Below are positions 30,645 to 32,000 of a DNA stretch of 32,000 nucleotides, in pieces. The stretch lies in assembly GCA_026625185.1 (NCBI GenBank), contig CP113000.1, positions 2,115,622-2,147,621 on the forward strand. The letters run 5' to 3'. The stretch comes from Thermodesulfobacteriota bacterium (GTDB lineage: Bacteria; Desulfobacterota; WTBG01; JAGOGO01). Made by a program: the position numbers and the translations under genes. Numbering within the stretch: position 1 is the stretch's first letter; every line of letters starts with the position of its first letter. A model generated the notes under the pieces. It did not search any database, had not been told where the DNA came from, and saw nothing but the letters and a program-made list of their open reading frames with translations.

Positions 30645-31664
30645 ATGAATATTCCAAATGGTAGTATCCTCCGGAAAATTTTAGTCGTACTCCTTGCGCT
30701 CATCATTACGAGTCCCCTGGGTTGTAAAACGACCGATCAGAGGGTACAGGCGGATGACAACTTTAAAAATTTTTTTAAACAATCGCCGATAAATGTCGCT
30801 AAGAAAAAGAATTTTGATTATCCTCAAGACCGGGAAGCGCTCAAAGCGCTTCCGGATATGACTGCGCAGGATCATGAAAGGCTGGGAGACAGCTACTTCA
30901 GCCAGGAAAATTATCCGATGGCTTGTGTCCACTATGACAAATCCCTTAAACTTAATCCCGACAACACCCGGGTTCATTATAAAAAAGGGGTGCTTTTTCT
31001 GGCAGGCGGGTTATATGACAGCGCTCTGGCTGAATTTCAGGAAGTTTTAAAAAAAGAGCCTGAGAATGCTTTAGCCTATGAAGGAATGGGGCAGGTGTTT
31101 TTTCAGAAAGGGAGCTCTTCGGAAGCTGAGAAACATTTTCTGCAAGCAATCAGCATAGACATGAACCTGTGGAGAACCCACGACTTTCTCGGTATTATCT
31201 ATGACTTTAAAAAGAACCACGCAATGGCTGTTCAGGAGTATAACGCCGCTATCGCGCTCAAACCTCAATATGGGCCCCTATATAACAACCTGGGTATGTC
31301 CTACTTAATGGCCGGAGACTTTGAACGGGCAATCAATACATTCAATAAAGCTTTGCAGATGAAGTTTACCGAAAAAAGGGTTTACAATAACCTGGGCTTG
31401 GCGTTATGCCGGGCAGGCCGCTATTCGGAAGCTCTCAAGGCTTTTCGGACCGGGGGAGGTGATGAAGCTCAGGCTTACAATAACCTGGGATGTTTTTATT
31501 TGTGGGATGGAGAATCGGAGGCAGCAATGAACGCCTTTGAGAAAGCGATGGGAGCCCGGCCGTCCTATTATAATAAAGCCGGCGAAAACTTAAGAAGAGC
31601 GCAGACGGCAAAACAAAGCGAACCGCTCCCTGATTTAAAGAACAATCCGAGCCCTCTTAATTGA
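30645..31664 (+). CDS. tadD: TPR-repeat lipoprotein (TadD-like)
   Basis: Lipobox ITSPLGC. There are at least 6 TPR-like units (AxxxLGxxYxxxGxxxxAxxxFxxAL pattern). Positioned after tadC. Confidence 0.75.
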   Translation: MNIPNGSILRKILVVLLALIITSPLGCKTTDQRVQADDNFKNFFKQSPINVAKKKNFDYPQDREALKALPDMTAQDHERLGDSYFSQENYPMACVHYDKSLKLNPDNTRVHYKKGVLFLAGGLYDSALAEFQEVLKKEPENALAYEGMGQVFFQKGSSSEAEKHFLQAISIDMNLWRTHDFLGIIYDFKKNHAMAVQEYNAAIALKPQYGPLYNNLGMSYLMAGDFERAINTFNKALQMKFTEKRVYNNLGLALCRAGRYSEALKAFRTGGGDEAQAYNNLGCFYLWDGESEAAMNAFEKAMGARPSYYNKAGENLRRAQTAKQSEPLPDLKNNPSPLN

Positions 31665-31730
31665 TACCCCGGAAAACCTTACCCTCAGTAGTTATTAAGT
31701 AGTTTTCTCGGAAGCAATTTTATGGTAAGA

Positions 31731-31770
31731 TTGAGGCCTTTAAAAAATTATTTTTTAAAGGCCTCAATTT
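31731..31770 (+). terminator. rho-independent terminator of the tad operon
   Basis: 17-bp perfect stem ttgaggcctttaaaaaa (31731-31747) / ttttttaaaggcctcaa (31751-31767), followed by ttt. Confidence 0.7.
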
Positions 31771-31860
31771 ATCAAGAAGGCAGGTTAAAGTACTTTTGTG
31801 ATTTCACGCCTCATAGAATAATGATCACAGTTTGCAGGTTTCCTTGATTGAGAGTTGAGT

Positions 31861-32000
31861 GTGAACGGGGTTACAGTAACTACCAGTCGGCGCGCTTTGG
31901 CAGTTTCTCCATCGGTATGGGGAGTTGTAACCATCTGGGTAATATTTCGTGCCTGGACGAGCCTGTGGGCGGCATTGGTCTCTACGTTGCGGCCGCTGAC
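31861..32000 (+). CDS. 5' end of a possible membrane protein gene (open to the window edge)
   Basis: The frame is open from GTG 31861 (or TTG 31855) to 32000. The translation VNGVTVTTSRRALAVSPSVWGVVTIWVIFRAWTSLWAALVSTLRPL is hydrophobic. No RBS was checked, so support is weak. Confidence 0.25.
   Translation, partial: MNGVTVTTSRRALAVSPSVWGVVTIWVIFRAWTSLWAALVSTLRPL

Overview
The window has three parts.

(A) 1-15.5 kb is part of a Mu-like transposable prophage. It carries the early, lysis and first head-morphogenesis genes. All are on the minus strand except the divergent c-like repressor. The genes are: gpI-like protease/scaffold (partial, runs off the left edge), a gpG-position protein, a portal fused to a MuF domain, TerL, a gp27-like protein, an SLT endolysin with a membrane partner, a thioredoxin-fold protein, Gam, GemA, a MuB-like AAA+ ATPase, a MuA-like DDE transposase, and Ner-like and c-like regulators. 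A low-GC two-gene moron interrupts this region at 6.9-8.1 kb.

(B) 15.5-21.4 kb is a mosaic accessory arm between the repressor and the host genes, and it reads like a stacked defence island. It holds a Dam-family m6A methyltransferase with a PD-ExK endonuclease (type II R-M), an AbiV-like protein, a translationally coupled two-gene operon I cannot assign (18498-20128), and an AT-rich cassette encoding an orphan proteasome-type Ntn hydrolase plus a 61-aa protein.

(C) 21.5-31.7 kb is a host tad/cpa (Flp-pilus type) assembly operon: lipoprotein, two TadE-like proteins, TadG-like, TadZ/CpaE, TadA/CpaF, TadB, TadC and a TPR lipoprotein. Its intergenic spacers are packed with several families of palindromic, MITE-like repeats. 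One of these is a DUF559 endonuclease pseudogene bracketed by inverted repeats.

A window-wide oddity is that locus-specific tandem heptamer arrays (one is an octamer) abut start codons in both phage and host DNA.

I saw no rRNA, no intact tRNA and no CRISPR array. All functional calls come from reading motifs in the translations by eye; no database search or computation was run.
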